Shown here: in pieces, positions 27,402-41,027 of the stretch
How the letters are laid out: the number at the start of each line of letters is the position of its first letter
How positions within the stretch are numbered: the first letter of the stretch is position 1
Origin: Antedon mediterranea
Taxonomy: Eukaryota; Animalia; Echinodermata
Assembly: GCF_964355755.1 (NCBI RefSeq)
Contig: NC_092677.1
Coordinates: forward strand, 9,880,101 to 9,944,100
DNA: 64,000 nucleotides
Reading direction: 5' to 3'
Program-made: the position numbers and the translations under genes
Notes under the pieces: generated by a model
The model's input: only the letters and a program-made list of their open reading frames with translations
The model's database searches: none
Told to the model about the DNA's origin: nothing

Positions 27402-30400
27402 CGATGCACATTATTTCTTTCATTTTCAGTTGGTATCATTGCTTAAATATAGAAAATAAAGGTCAACTGTTACTTTGCAAATTGAAATGTAAATTTTGCC
27501 ATGTGATATAATGAATAGTTATTGTGTTATTTGTGACGCAGTTTATTGCACGCAGATCATTGCAAAAAAAGTAAATGTTGACTTATTTGGGACACCTCCA
27601 AGTAGAATATGGACCCCTTGATTACTTGCCAATGTTAATTGTATAGTTGCTGGTTGAAAAAAATAGGTAATTACAATTACTGTGTTGTAAGGGAACCAAT
27701 TGAAATTGGCATGATCAGTGTTATGCTTTTTATCTATATATGTTTAGCAGTTAATCATGGTTGTCTTGTATGTTTAACTTAATTTGCATATAGGTGCTGT
27801 TTTATAACAATTTTACAGAATTTGCATAAAATGAACTGGTACAAAAATGAACTGGTACAAAATTGAAAGCGAATTTTAAAGAACAATACTGCTAAAACTG
27901 CACAATATGTTATAATATTACTGACATAATCTAGGCTTAAATAGTATAAAAAAAGGAATTGTTATACGATTGCAGCAGATTGCATAGAGGTAATTCACTA
28001 TTAAATGGTGTCTGTCCATCATAGCAGGAGCCAAAGTGGGGCCCAGTACTTGGGGACCTCTACTAAATTTTGAAAATTGCAATGCAAATGATACAGCAGC
28101 ACATTTTTTAGGCTCTGGGCCCCCCATTTCAAAATCTCGGATCCACCATTGTACTAAGGTAGGATAAAGGTAGGGTAATATATCTATCGTACATTTTTAC
28201 AATGAGAAATACTTGAATAACTAAAATGAAATATTAATAATACAGACCTTTATTGAAATAATGATTAATATTAGGGTAATATAAATTATTAAATTGAGAG
28301 CCCCAGATGTGCATTCTTATGAAAAATAAAACAATAAAGCAGGTATTAACATGCAAAAGATTTGGCGATTATCCAGACTTCTTGTACATTTGCTGGTTCC
28401 ATGAGGCCTTGATGGTGCCTGACTAGTTGGACCAATTTCAACTTTAAATCAGCTGTATTCAAGTCGAATGAGTAATAGACAATTAAATAAATACAAATTT
28501 TTATTAAGAGCCAAAAGAAATCTGTTTTCGCTGGTTGCATGTTATTGAATCAATCTTTCACATATAAATAGTTCCAATACAAAGTTACTTATATTTGGCT
28601 TCCGTACACCAGGTGCAGAGTTTTTGTAACTGATAGCTCTAACTTAGTAGCATTAATTTAAATGCCAACTCTATGGTATGGTAACATTTTGAAAACTAAT
28701 TTGAACTTTAATATGTTCTTTTAAACCTTCATTTACAATTTCATTTTAGTTGCTTGCATTTTCCGACTAACTGTTTACCAACATTCACATCCAAGTTTAA
28801 ACAACAAATTGTCTCTGAAAACCAAAAGGTCCAAAATTAATTTTTACCATTAAAAAAACATTTTAAACACCAGAATTTCTGGAAAACCAGACTTATTTGG
28901 CCAGCCCAACGGTGTCCGGTATTGACAGAGTTTAATCGTTAATTATTAGAACAATATCAGTATTAATTTAACAGTGAAGTATATTTGATTAACAACAAAT
29001 AAAATCTTAAAAATATATTTAGGAACCATGGCGGTACGGTAACTTTTATATTTTCTAGGCCCCCAACAAACTATGATCGCCACGAACCACGCACTTCATA
29101 GCGTGACAAGAAAGCGCTAGGCCCCCTAAACATTCCATCGCGTGGTGAATTGCCGCATCTCCCATTGTCGCTATGGCGTGACGTAGCTCAAGTCAGACTT
29201 GCGTGAAGAAAATAATGTAATTTGTATACAGTTGTAAATAAAGATGATTTTCATTATTATAATTTATACCAATGTATATTTAATTAAGCTAATATAAATA
29301 TAGATATTTCATTCTTCAATATCTGGCCAATATAACAACTCAATGACTGTTACGTTTTTTATAAACATCGTTTAAAAACCATTTAGTCGACCATTTAGTC
29401 TGCCCCCTCCAGGACTAAAAAAATCGATCAAAATCCGTCTCGATTTAGTCGAGGTTGGCCTGATTTAGTCGGTGATTTAGTTGAAGTTTGGTTTATGAAT
29501 TAAAATGACGTCATTTTTTTAGTTTTAGCTCGAACTACGACTAAAGTCCGGTTTAAGAATACGGGCGTAAGTCTTTGTTTACTTTCGCTCGTGACGATTT
29601 TGCTGACGAAATGTAATCAAATTAATTTACCTGTTAATTTACGTAAACGTGTTGTTTTTGGCTCGAATTTTCGACTTAAAGTGAATAACTTTAATATTAC
29701 TTTGATATGGCCAATTTAAATTTATAATATTTTGACCTTCATTTTTTTGTGTTTCAAGGGACAATACATCTTTAAATATTTCACTTAACTCAATAAATAT
29801 TTCAGTATTTCCCTGTGTATTAGGAGATTTAAATTTAATTATAAGTGTTTACCTTAGGCTAAGCATGAATGGTGAATATGCCCACCTGTTCCCAACTAAT
29901 ATATTTGCTAAACAAGGAATGCAATGATAACACAATCAGAAATACTGCAAACTATCACCTTCATTTTCATTTTCATCTTCCTTAAAGATGCTCATCTTGT
30001 GCAACATTTAAAAATTTTAAATTGAATGCACAATGAAATGCCGTCCAAAGTTTTCCATATTATTATATGGTGCCCTGATATACCTGGAAATACTAAATTA
30101 AGCTGGTAGTATTGGCTTTATGGATAATGATCGTATACCAAATCGACTTTCGGCAAATCTGATGTAATCGATTCCATCGAGTTTGTCGCCCGATGTTGTG
30201 ATTTGTCACATGATCAGGTCAGCTGAGATATGGTCTGAGTTTCTGATGATAATGTTACATAATACCGGGATAGTTTTAACTAAAACTTTAAAACTCAATA
30301 TTTTATACAGTCAAATGAATAAAGATAACACCTTATTTATAAAATAATATTTTTTATTTTTGCATATGTTTTATAAACAATAGTATTATTGTAATTGTTT

Positions 30401-31379
30401 GTAACTACTGTGAAGTAGCTTTGAGTCGGGTGCGTTAAACAATTACAATACTGTTGGTGCAATACCCGCTGCTTACTTGGGATCAAATATAACTCTAGCC
30501 ATCAGAGGTCTGGAGGTGTGAAGGCCAGGCAAGTGATCTGGAGAGTTCTAGTCCACCTGAGAATTTTACTTTTTTTTAACATTCTCAATGTACTTCGTAT
30601 ATAAAAGTACAAATTCGTCAGAGCAGGGCATCTAAAACGTCTTACCAATTAAATTGTATTATTTTTCTAATAATAGGGTCATTCCATCTCAGTTCACCCA
30701 AAAAAAATGGAATTTTAAACCCTACCTCTTCCAATTTTGATGAAATTTGGTATATGGGTGATTCATAGCAATTAAAGCCAAAATTTCAAATTTTAACTTT
30801 ATCGGACCAACGGTTTTTGAGATATCGCAATTTAAATTTTCGTTTTTTACGCAAAAAAAGGCGCGGCCGCCACGTTTCAAAGAGCTGTATCTCGGGAACT
30901 ATAGGTTCGATTTTAAAAACAAAGGTATTTTTGTAAAGGGGAGACCATAAGGAACCTAAATATACTAATTGTGTGTGTTTTATGTTAATTTTAAGTTGAA
31001 TAAAACTTTGACATATATTTTGACCTTGAAATTGACCCCGTGGAACACGCCCGATTTGTTGGTGACTATCACGAAAAATGTAGCCCTACGTGTCAACTAC
31101 AACATATAAAAAAATTGGAGGGGTTTTTTTGTTTGTTTCCATGAAATTACAATTTGAAGTTGACATACCTCTTCCTTTTAGTGTATTTTTGGTGTTGTTA
31201 TACTTTATACACAGTGTGAACACTAACTGTTAAGGTGTCTTATTGTTACGCTTTCTCATCAGGCCCACTTAAACAGTAGATATATTTTGATATGAGAAAT
31301 ACTGGGTAACTCACATACTTTTCAAATCAATTTTGACACATAGTTTAGTGTCCTTACTATGTTATTATGCACATTAACA

Positions 31380-32638
31380 TATGCATAATAAGTGATTGCA
31401 GAGAACATACAACAGTTAACTGTATAGGCCTTTTTAAAGGTTGTCATCCCCTATTTAAAAACAAAACTACCAACCATGAAAAAAGTTCATTATTTCACAG
31501 ATGGATGTGGCAGCCAATGCAAAAACAAATATAACTTTATTAACCTTTGCCACCACCAGGAAGATTTTGGTTTAGACGCCGAGTGGAATTTTTTCGCTAC
31601 ATCACATGGCAAGAGTGCATGTGATGGCATAGGTGGAACAGTTAAGAGGCTTGTCACTAAGAGAAGCTTACAGCGTTTGACTGAATGTCATATTCTCACA
31701 TCTCTCAGTATGTTCGACTACTGTGTAATTTTTAATTTTTATTTTATGTCTTTAGGCAATGTGGCCAAGGATTACCAATAGTGAACTAATCAGTGTCCTA
31801 TCAGATAGGTGGTAATCCCCCTGATACAGGGGCTATTGTGTGAACCAGTTCACTGGGGTAACCCCTACTCTTTTTCGAATAATGAACTGGGTTCTTTAAA
31901 GTACACACAGGTTATAACTGTGTACACTGGACCTACGGTTTATAGTCCTTATCCGAGAAGACTTGTTCCACCACCAGAACTAGGAGCGAGTCGGCCTCGA
32001 ACCCTTGCCGATGTTGTTCTTGGCTCTTTAGGTACGGTAAACGGCACCCCTGCCTTAACCGCTCGGCCATATGACTCGCTCATATGGACATTCCAGGCAT
32101 CAACTTTTTTCATGTGGGAATAGATGAGGTATCTACTGTGGAAAAAGAAATAAAGCCAAGATTCAACCTCACCCAGACCATCAAGGGTACATTACAATAT
32201 CATCGCTTTGCTCCTGTTTCTCTGGCACAGATGCAGGTCTACAAACTTAGTACCCAGATAAACCCTCCGGATGTGGTTGTGATTCAAGAATCTTTCAGTG
32301 ATGAAAATTAAATTGTTGCTGATACACAACCCACCATTATTAGACTTCAGAATTTTGTGTGCTGTAGTTATGATGGTGTCCCATGGATTGGTTTGGTTGT
32401 GGATGTCTCAGAAGAGTTTGGGGATTATCAAATTAAATTTATGCATCCTCATGGGCCAGCGAAAACCTTTTATTGGCTGTCCAAAGAAGACTGTTGTTGG
32501 ATTCCTGAATCAAATGTACATTGTATTATAGCCTCTCCGTTTATAAAATCCTCTTCGACTAGGAATTACAGTATTTCCCAAAATGATCGCCACAACATTT
32601 CTAAATACTGTTTGAATTGGCCAGATGACAAGGAGTAA
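31380..32638 (+). pseudogene. C-terminal half of a Sola2-like transposase, disrupted
   Basis: YFTDGCGSQCKNKYNF and WNFFATSHGKSACDGIGGTVKR motifs, then WIGLV...IKFMHPHGP...FYW; SINE insertion at 31726-32081, in-frame TAA at 32309-32311, frameshift near 31415, N-terminal half absent. Confidence 0.85.
31726..32081 (-). mobile_element. tRNA-derived SINE with Deu/Nin-type central domain, nested in the transposase
   Basis: On the - strand: A box TGGCCGAGCGG, B box GGTTCGAGGCC, pairing GAGCGAGTC/GACTCGCTC, central TCTTCTCGGATAAGGACTATAAACCGTAGGTCC...AAAGAACCC...TTCGAAAAAGAGTAGGGG, A-rich tail. Removing it restores the transposase frame. Confidence 0.85.
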
Positions 32639-35600
32639 AGGCCAGACATAGACAATTGTAACATTATAATGATATTTAGTTTGTAAATAAAATTATTTTT
32701 GGAATACATCAAATTGACATTGAAGTAATGCATGGACAGACACCAAAAATACACTAAAAGGAAGAGGTATGTCAACTTCAAATTGTAATTTCATGGAAAC
32801 AAAGAAAAAAACCCCTCCAATTTTTTTATATGTTGTAGTTGACACGTAGGGCTACATTTTTCGTGATGGTCATCAACAAATCGGGCGTGTTCCACGGGGT
32901 CAATTTCAAGGTCAAAATATATGTCAAAGTTTTATTCAACTTAAAATTAACATAAAACACACACAATTAGTATATTTAGATTCCTTATTGTCTCCCCTTT
33001 ACAAAAATACCTTTGTTTTTAAAATCGAACCTATAGTTCCCGAGATACAGCTCTTTGAAACGTGGCGGACGCGCCCTTTTTTGCGTAAAAACCGAAAATT
33101 TAAATTGCTATATCTCGAAAACCGTTGGTACGATAAAGTTAAAATTTGAAATTTTCGCTTTAATTGCTATGAATCACCCATATACCAAATTTCATCAAAA
33201 TTGGAAGAGGTAGGGTTTAACTCATTGGGTGATCTGAGATGGATAATAATAATGAATTAACAGTACAGTATTAATTTATAGTTCCCAGAGGGCAACCAGT
33301 TTCTGAAATTTAGTTGCCCTCTCAATTTTTAGTTGCCTACATAAATTGTTGGTTGCCCCTGAACCGGGAGAAACTGATTCACACCAGCGTTCTGAAAAGT
33401 AAATATAATAATAATAATTGAATGATTGCGTGATAAATGTGTTGAATATAATGATAGTTTATGGTAATTGGATAGTTATTAAAGGATGTTTCCATTAGCC
33501 TACCTATACCAGCTTAGTATTTTAATTAGTACATGTTTACCTATAATCAGGAAATTGTGATGGTACATTTGATTCACATGACTATGAAAGGGCATATCGT
33601 CATCCAGTTCACGTGTCTGCTTTATAATTGTTTTTTTGTTTCTGGTACCAGCATTATTTTCCACTGCCCAAGTTTAATAGCATTTTTATTATATAGGCTA
33701 TTAGATTTTAATTGGGACATCTGATGAAGGACAGCATCTAGGTTTGCTTTGTGAGAAAGTTAGATGGTAAGGAATCATATTGGCCGTCTTGATTGTGTCC
33801 TCGTAAGATGCTTTAACACGTCCTTCAAATAGGATGTTAAGCTGTAACTAAACCTCAATGAAGAGATAATATAATAGTTTATCCAGAAAAAATCAAATCA
33901 AATATAAATTTATAAACTCATAAAGAAATGAAATCTTTTCTTTCTCTTAAAATAGCAGAATCTCTTAAAAATCAAATTGTACAAGTTTGTTTCTTACTAT
34001 ATAATACTAAATAATATCCCTTTCACATTGCATACCCGAACTAAGAAACAGGACATCAACTCCAGTTTTTGTATGGAGTTTCGCAAGACTATATGAAAAG
34101 AGGTGTGAAATGCCTTGTAAGAGCTTGATAAGTTATGTATATGCACCAACATAAACAGTTTTATAAATTTTATCTGCCCAACCTTGTCTCATACAAAGAA
34201 GAATATATAATAATCTTATAATAAGAATCTCAAATGAATTTAATATAGCAAAAATTCAGTTTTTAACTGCAAGAACGATTGAAACAAACAAACCCTTGAT
34301 TGATTGATTGATTGATTGATCAATCGATTGATTTTTAGTGCAAAATGTTTTTATGGTCTCTGAAGAGCTGAGAGTAAAATGTTAATACAGTTTATCCAGT
34401 TTACAGAAGTAATTTTAAAAGTACTGTACTTTTAAACCTCATGATAAAACTTGATAACCTAACAAAAGAACGAATTGTGTACATTGGTAGAATTAAGAGG
34501 GTACTGCACAAGGAGTACCAGCATTCATCGTCACAAAAGTGTCTTTGTTCTAAACTACCACTAATTTCTCTTAGTATTATTACAACTTCTGCAGAATTAT
34601 TTTAATTATTTTAATTTTGACACCTAGGCATTTTTTTTTTTTCTGGTGTAATGATTTATTCTTAATTTTTTTAAATGAGTATTTTTCTTTTGTTTGTCTT
34701 ATCATTATTGTTTTATAACGGTTGTTAATTCAAATAAATTTTAAATAAATTACCGGTATGTAATTCTATTATTAATTTTTGTTTTTTATAAAAAAAATGA
34801 TAATCAATTTTCTTGATGTTATACCTTAAACTAAAAATGGTGAAAATAAAGTGGTGAACATGTAAAATTGCTTGTATTGTAATTTCTGAATTGTGGTTCA
34901 TAAGAAGCGTCTACTGTACTTCTCAAATCCTTAGTAATTGCCTCTATCTATCAAGTATAAGTGCTCATCGGTAACTATTTCACAGTGTGAAAAGACTTTA
35001 ACACAGTATTTACCCACATCCTTTTCCATTGTCATTCATATCCGTGAAAGTAAACAGTTAATTTTAATTTTGATTGAAAAACCATATAATGCTAAGACTT
35101 ACCGACTTCTATATGCCCTCTAGTTTCCTCAATCAACATTGATTTTTACGAAGGTGAAGGTAATAGCAATGCTAACCTACCATGGCGACTGTTATTAACG
35201 AGAAAAATCATTTGTTTGTTTAATGACCTTCGGAACTTAACTAAATTTATTCAATACTCATATATAAGGCACGTTCTAACATGAAGGTAGGACTACTTTA
35301 TAATATTTGTTTTAAAACAATGCTCTTTATGTTGTGGTGTAAAAATTAAATATTGATTATTAAATTTGTTTTGTTTTTATTCTGTAGCAGATCAAGGTCG
35401 TAGTCTATTGGTTTATTGTCCATCTGACATTGGAAAAATAATAAGTACAGTTATGTTAATGTAATAGCATATAGTTTCAACTGTACTAAAGAAAAACAAT
35501 ACTTGTTTGACCTAATTGACCTCATTGTTTACTATAGTATTATATTCCTCAGCTTTGTTAATTGATTACAATTCATTAATGCATTTCAATATGTATTAGT

Positions 35601-35698
35601 TGTTCCTAATTGTATTTAATTAACCAACTATCCTTTGCAATAAACAGTGATGTTAGCCCAACTAGCCTGATGTAAAAAAAAAGGGCCGAGGTAATCAT

Positions 35699-35736
35699 GC
35701 AGCTGCAGCATATCCTAGGCACACCTGCTCCAGCTG
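35699..35736. promoter_or_regulatory. cluster of three class-A bHLH E-boxes
   Basis: GCAGCTG (35699), CACCTGC (35722) and CAGCTG (35731) within 38 bp, ~570 bp upstream of candidate exon 1b. Confidence 0.35.
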
Positions 35737-36308
35737 GTTTAAAGAATAGGGTAATGTCTGTGGAATAATCCATTATTTTACAGGGGTGTATTCAGTAATA
35801 AACTCATTTGTAAACAAATCATAAAGCAAGAAAATATGTTCTTCTATACTTTATATATTTGGTATTTACATTATTCCTATCTTAATAATGTTTTAAAATG
35901 TTAGTTTAATATGGTTTGAATTTTGGATTGTTTGTTTACTTATGTTTAAACACATCTGTAAATAATGGTACAGTCTATATATTTCTACCAATGAATGTGT
36001 CCGTTGTATTGGGACATCTGCTGACTTTCTTTTGAAGGTACCATGTACGCCAGAGGGTACTAACACGACGAGAAAGACAAGGCAGCTATTTAGCATTACG
36101 ATTTCTATTATTCTATAACAAAAACTTTATAGTCACATGTGTACATGTGTTCCGTTGCATATATCGTCACTAACAAGACACGCCATTTCATACAGGCAGT
36201 CCAATTAATGCAGACTATCGTTTGTTTTTGTGGAGTTGATTTAATAACGTACAGTGGTTGGTTTATTGTGGATGTGTTGCGTTCTATCTCATAGTTTTAA
36301 TCTATCTA

Positions 36309-36351
36309 ATGGTTACTACTGAAGGATCTAATATTTATTTGAGTAACACTG
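36309..36351 (+). CDS. RUNX1T1: candidate alternative first coding exon (1b) of the ETO/nervy gene
   Basis: ATG GTT ACT ACT GAA GGA TCT AAT ATT TAT TTG AGT AAC ACT G|GTGAGT: ATG followed by G, strong donor, phase 1 matching exon 2. Confidence 0.55.
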
Positions 36352-39300
36352 GTGAGTGTTTTTTATTCTTTAAAAATTAATTTCCTCTTTTTTTCTTACC
36401 ATGTGGTTGTATAAGGACAGGAAATGCTTACACCATGATTGTATTAATCAGTGCTTGTTTTTCTACGAGCAATTGCTTTTTTTTCAGCTTTTGATGGATT
36501 TGCCTTGTTATTTACTGAAGGGAATTATTGATCATTATTTTACTCGGCAATCGTTATTGTTTATTTTTGTCTTCTGTGCAGTACGGTTGTTTTCTGCATA
36601 ATATCACTGATATTTTCATATTATAATAGATTTTCGTTCAAATAAAAAAAAACTGAATAGTAGTAGTACAAATTTGTTTTAAATTTATAATAAAAAGAAA
36701 AATGTATCTACTGGCGTGATATGATATCATATTTTAAAATTATTAATTTATTTTTTAGTAGGATATTAAAAAAAATGAAATCCTAAATTACTCTGCAATT
36801 ATATTTAGTTGGGTAATTGTATATCACAATAATACCTAGAGGTTAAAATTATTTAAGAAAGTAAAAAAAAAAAGCGGTAAATTTTTAAAGAAAATGTTTA
36901 GTCCGCAATGGTTAGTTAGTTTGATTGATAGACTATATTTTTTATTTATTATCGTTGTCCCTACAAGCAGATTAACTGTTAATATTCAGCTTAAATAATA
37001 AAACAATATTTCATGTTAAAGGATTTTCATGATTTACTGTAAAAACCAGTTAATAAATCACGAATATTTTTGTCCCGGGGAACTTATGACCTTGTGTGGT
37101 CTCTAGTAGTAATCTGCAAGTATTACCTGCATGTATGTTAGGATTAAGTCGTTGAATTAATCATGAAAAATCGTGAAAGGCAAAGCCGTTAGACCGAACC
37201 TGACAGTTTTGACCAAGGACTTTGCACTGTATAGAAATACTGAGGACAACAGTGCTACTATTGTAATAATATTATTGAAATATTAATTAGCTATGATAAT
37301 GAATACAATGATTTGTGTAGATTAGATGTTAATGCTACCCTGGTAAAATGCAATGCTTCTAAAACCACATTATTGTTTTATTTATTTATATCAAATATCT
37401 TTTATAAAGCTTATAATTTAGTCTTTATAATCGTTAGTTCATACATCATACGCTCTTTAAAAGTACATCATTGGTGTCCGTGTGCTACGCTATTAATTTT
37501 ATTCTACCATCATATAATCTGTGTTTGTTTTTCTTAAGTCCCTTGCTAGCTAAGTTCTCACGTAATGAATTACCGATTGATTATGCTACTGTACAACCAT
37601 AAAGTTGTTTACGACAACGATCATCACAGTTTAGCTTCAATCTTACCTTAGCTCCAAGTCTAAGCAACTAATTGTTAGTTCAAAGCAAATAGCATTTTGG
37701 TAAACAAGATATGGTTGTTTAATGTGATTACTGCGAGTGTGGAGAACAATAAAGATGTAACCCTATTATCTGATTTCAATTTAACCTGAAGGATAGTTTA
37801 CAATGAAATAGTCCTGGAATAACAATTCGTCGTCTTAACTAAATTTAGAATCAACTAATTCAGTTGTAATCAATGTTGTCTCAGATTTTGGAGGTAGCAA
37901 CAAAGCTTTTCAATTAGCAAGGTATTATGGAATGTGTTAAATTAAGAAAATAGATTTCCTGATTGGTATATAAGCTGATTAGTGATTCTGTTATCCCATG
38001 GAGAACTGATTTCTCCATGGTTATCCAATCTGCTTTGAGAATTGTTTATGAAAGTACAGTAAAAGATTCAGATATTGGTTGGGTTTCCAAGAAACGCATT
38101 TTCATGGTTATTATTAGCCACTTAATCGATTTTTGTTTTGATAGTACAGTTAACTTGGAACCAAGTTTAAAGACCCCATCCTGTGCATTTTACATTACTT
38201 GCATAGCAAGAGTTTATAGTTACTGTAGTGGAGTACTGTATTTAGATTTTCATCTTGAACTATTAAATTGGGCGTAAATAAATAGATAAATATTTTGATT
38301 AGGTTTTATGTGGTTCCATAATAGAAACTACTACTGAAATCAAATTAAGTACAAAAGTGAATATATAACAGTGAAACAGACTCTTCTGTTTGATATGCAG
38401 GTGCCCTTCCATTTGACCATAAATGTAAAGTATTTATTTAAAAAATACTTTACAGCAATTTGTATACATTTGTGTGAAAGTCAGTATCTATTGTTTTGTG
38501 TTTAATTGATAGACATTAGGGTGATCATACATTACAATTATTCCTTTGTTTTACATACTTTGTTTTCTAATAAATTCTAATCACTTCCCTCATTACTTTT
38601 GATTACTTCTTTCTTTTCCGTTTCCTCATAACTAAAACTCTGTGACAGTTGGTTAAACCTTAAGTAGGCCTACTTAGGTCTTAAGCACAGTTGAATTACC
38701 TTAACACATCTGTTCATTGGTAGTAGTGATAATAATGTTGTAGAATATAGAATAGAATCTTGACACCATGCTTAAATCAAGGGAGTTTTTTTCTAAAGCG
38801 TGTTATTTGCCTATTGTTATTGATGTCACGGCATAGGTATTGTCTAGCACAAAGATGTTTACTACAAATGTGTTAATAAGCATATTAATCTGTTAGCTGT
38901 ATGTTAAGAAGTGCTGACATGATTAGCCATATGTCATTTAGAAGACATGATATTGCATTAATTAAAAATACTAATAACTAGTACTAATTTGTTAAAGAAA
39001 TGATGACATTTTGGGAAAGTTATTAAAATATGATGAATTAACATTTCAGGTCACGAAAAATAAGCATATTAATTTCCATTTATTGATTCAAAAAATAATA
39101 ATTGCTGTATGAATAATAGTCAATTTATAAATTTATAATTTATTTTGTCTTGAGGAAGAATTAATAAAATTATGAATACATGATTGCTTATGGAAATATC
39201 CGAATTGTTTCAATTGGTATTTCTTGTTTTACCTTCAAGCAAAGTTTTATTGCCAGACACTGAAATTAATTTTAAAAAATACATAAAATGTACTTTTATA

Positions 39301-41027
39301 TAATAAAAGTAATTAAAAATCTATTTAATATTTGTGGACAAATTGTATAAGAGCTCATATTTTAATATTACAGTCATGTAAAAATCAATGAAATAAATAA
39401 TGTTTTATTTTTTGTATTTAAAATACCTGTACTACAAATACACCTACACATTTTGACAATGCAACTAAAAAAAATTCCTTGAAAGAGTTGCAGATGCCTG
39501 ATTACCAGGTGTCACTTATGCCAGATTTATATTGCAATTTTTAACACCAGTGTGTATGACATCATCCAAACTATACTCTGGTATGTTATCCTGGCCACCT
39601 GGAGTTTCAGTATCAAGCCAACACCTGTCATATGCTACAGTTGTTTGTTTGTGCAGCAGTGTGCAATGTGAACCTGGTCTTGGTAGGCAAGCTAAGCCAA
39701 CAGCAATGAATACACAAACAAAGTTTGCTAGGGTGCCTTACCCCTTGAGTTTAAATTATAATCAGAAGCATATGAATGCAGGTGGAGTCCAGTATGGCCA
39801 GACTAGGCTGAAGTTTCCCATGTACCATAACAATGGCTGTTTGAATGGATTAGGATACCTAGGTATGCATATTATGATTGTAAACATTGTTCTGTAGATA
39901 GAGGTCTCTGTTACAGGTAGGCCTATAGGAGCTGAATTATTTCCTTGGCACAATTACTGGTTGTTGAGTGGATTGCATGGGCCTTGATAGTGGTTCGGGG
40001 GTTGCTCATCGATTCAATGAAGTGTATGATAAATAATAATATACAAAGCTAAGTAAACTTTCTAGCATACATCTATTAATCATCAGCATTCTACTTTAAT
40101 TATCATGTTGTTAACTAGAGCTATAAATTTTAGGGCATAAGCACCGTGCATTTTTCTCACCCATATGGCCCGAGGACCGGTGAATAAGTCTAACTTTACA
40201 CTAGTAAGCAAGCTACGATGACGCTGATTAGAAATGTCGTTTGACTGATGTAAGCACGTATTACCCAATGGCTATTCTCATTTATTAAGCAGTTACAAAC
40301 ATTTACGATACATTCTGGGCTTACGGCTAATGGCAAACCTTTGTGATCTTTCTTGAAGCAAATCTATAGACTTATTATTTATTCATCCAAACTAAAACAT
40401 GCTTGTCATTTCTGATATTCATTTTAAGTAATGTCTAGTATGCGCTTCTTTAGTGTGTAACAGTGAAGTGTTAAAATGTCTCATTTTATAAACCTTCAAA
40501 ATCATTTTACCTTTTTGCGGTTGAATAGTTCTTTGATTTTGTTTCTTTCTTGATATTTCAGAGAATAATATCAGAGTTGTAATATTCAGACAAATTATCA
40601 ACTAACGCTCTAGTTAGCATGATTTTGACAGTTTAGTTTTATCATCCCTTGTACCTCCTTCTATAACACTTGGCCTCCTTCTCTTACTTTCCCCCTCCCC
40701 ATACAGGCTTGGAGAACCACAAAACAAGATATATGCTTGCTTAAATAGTGATATTTTTATTCATGTTTTTATACAAAGTCTTATTCTTAAATATTTATAT
40801 ACAATTCTTTACTTTAAATCAGTGATCAATGCATTTCAACGTCTTGTCAACAAATCTTCATCAGACTAGATGTTAGTGATTGCTCATATTTTATGTTATT
40901 TCTCTTATGATACCTTGACTAAAAAAATTGTAGGCTAAATAAATTAAAACTAAATTAACAAGACAGCAATGCATTTACATGGAAATATACATAACATTAA
41001 ATATTATCTTATTATATTCTTGTTTAG

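Larger units (their letters stand above)
30676..33243 (+). mobile_element. internally deleted Sola2-like DNA transposon with ~500-bp TIRs
   Basis: Long inverted repeats 30676-31195 and 32740-33243 with only scattered differences; left terminus GGG, last bases of the right terminus missing; internal DDD-type transposase remnant. The Sola2 label comes from remembered motifs, not a search. Confidence 0.8.

Noticed and set aside
28020-29570. GC-rich patches resembling transposon ends (28020-28151, 29025-29200, 29380-29570)
   Set aside because: Probably old TE fragments, but I could not pair TIRs or find TSDs, so boundaries are unsupported.
31984-32081. Possible tRNA gene on the - strand
   Set aside because: A and B boxes are present, but the spacing is too long, no clear anticodon arm is visible, and it continues into a SINE body and A-rich tail.
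39532-39897. 121-aa ORF in intron 1
   Set aside because: Non-ATG start, no recognisable domain, no convincing exon boundaries; more likely regulatory or neutral sequence.
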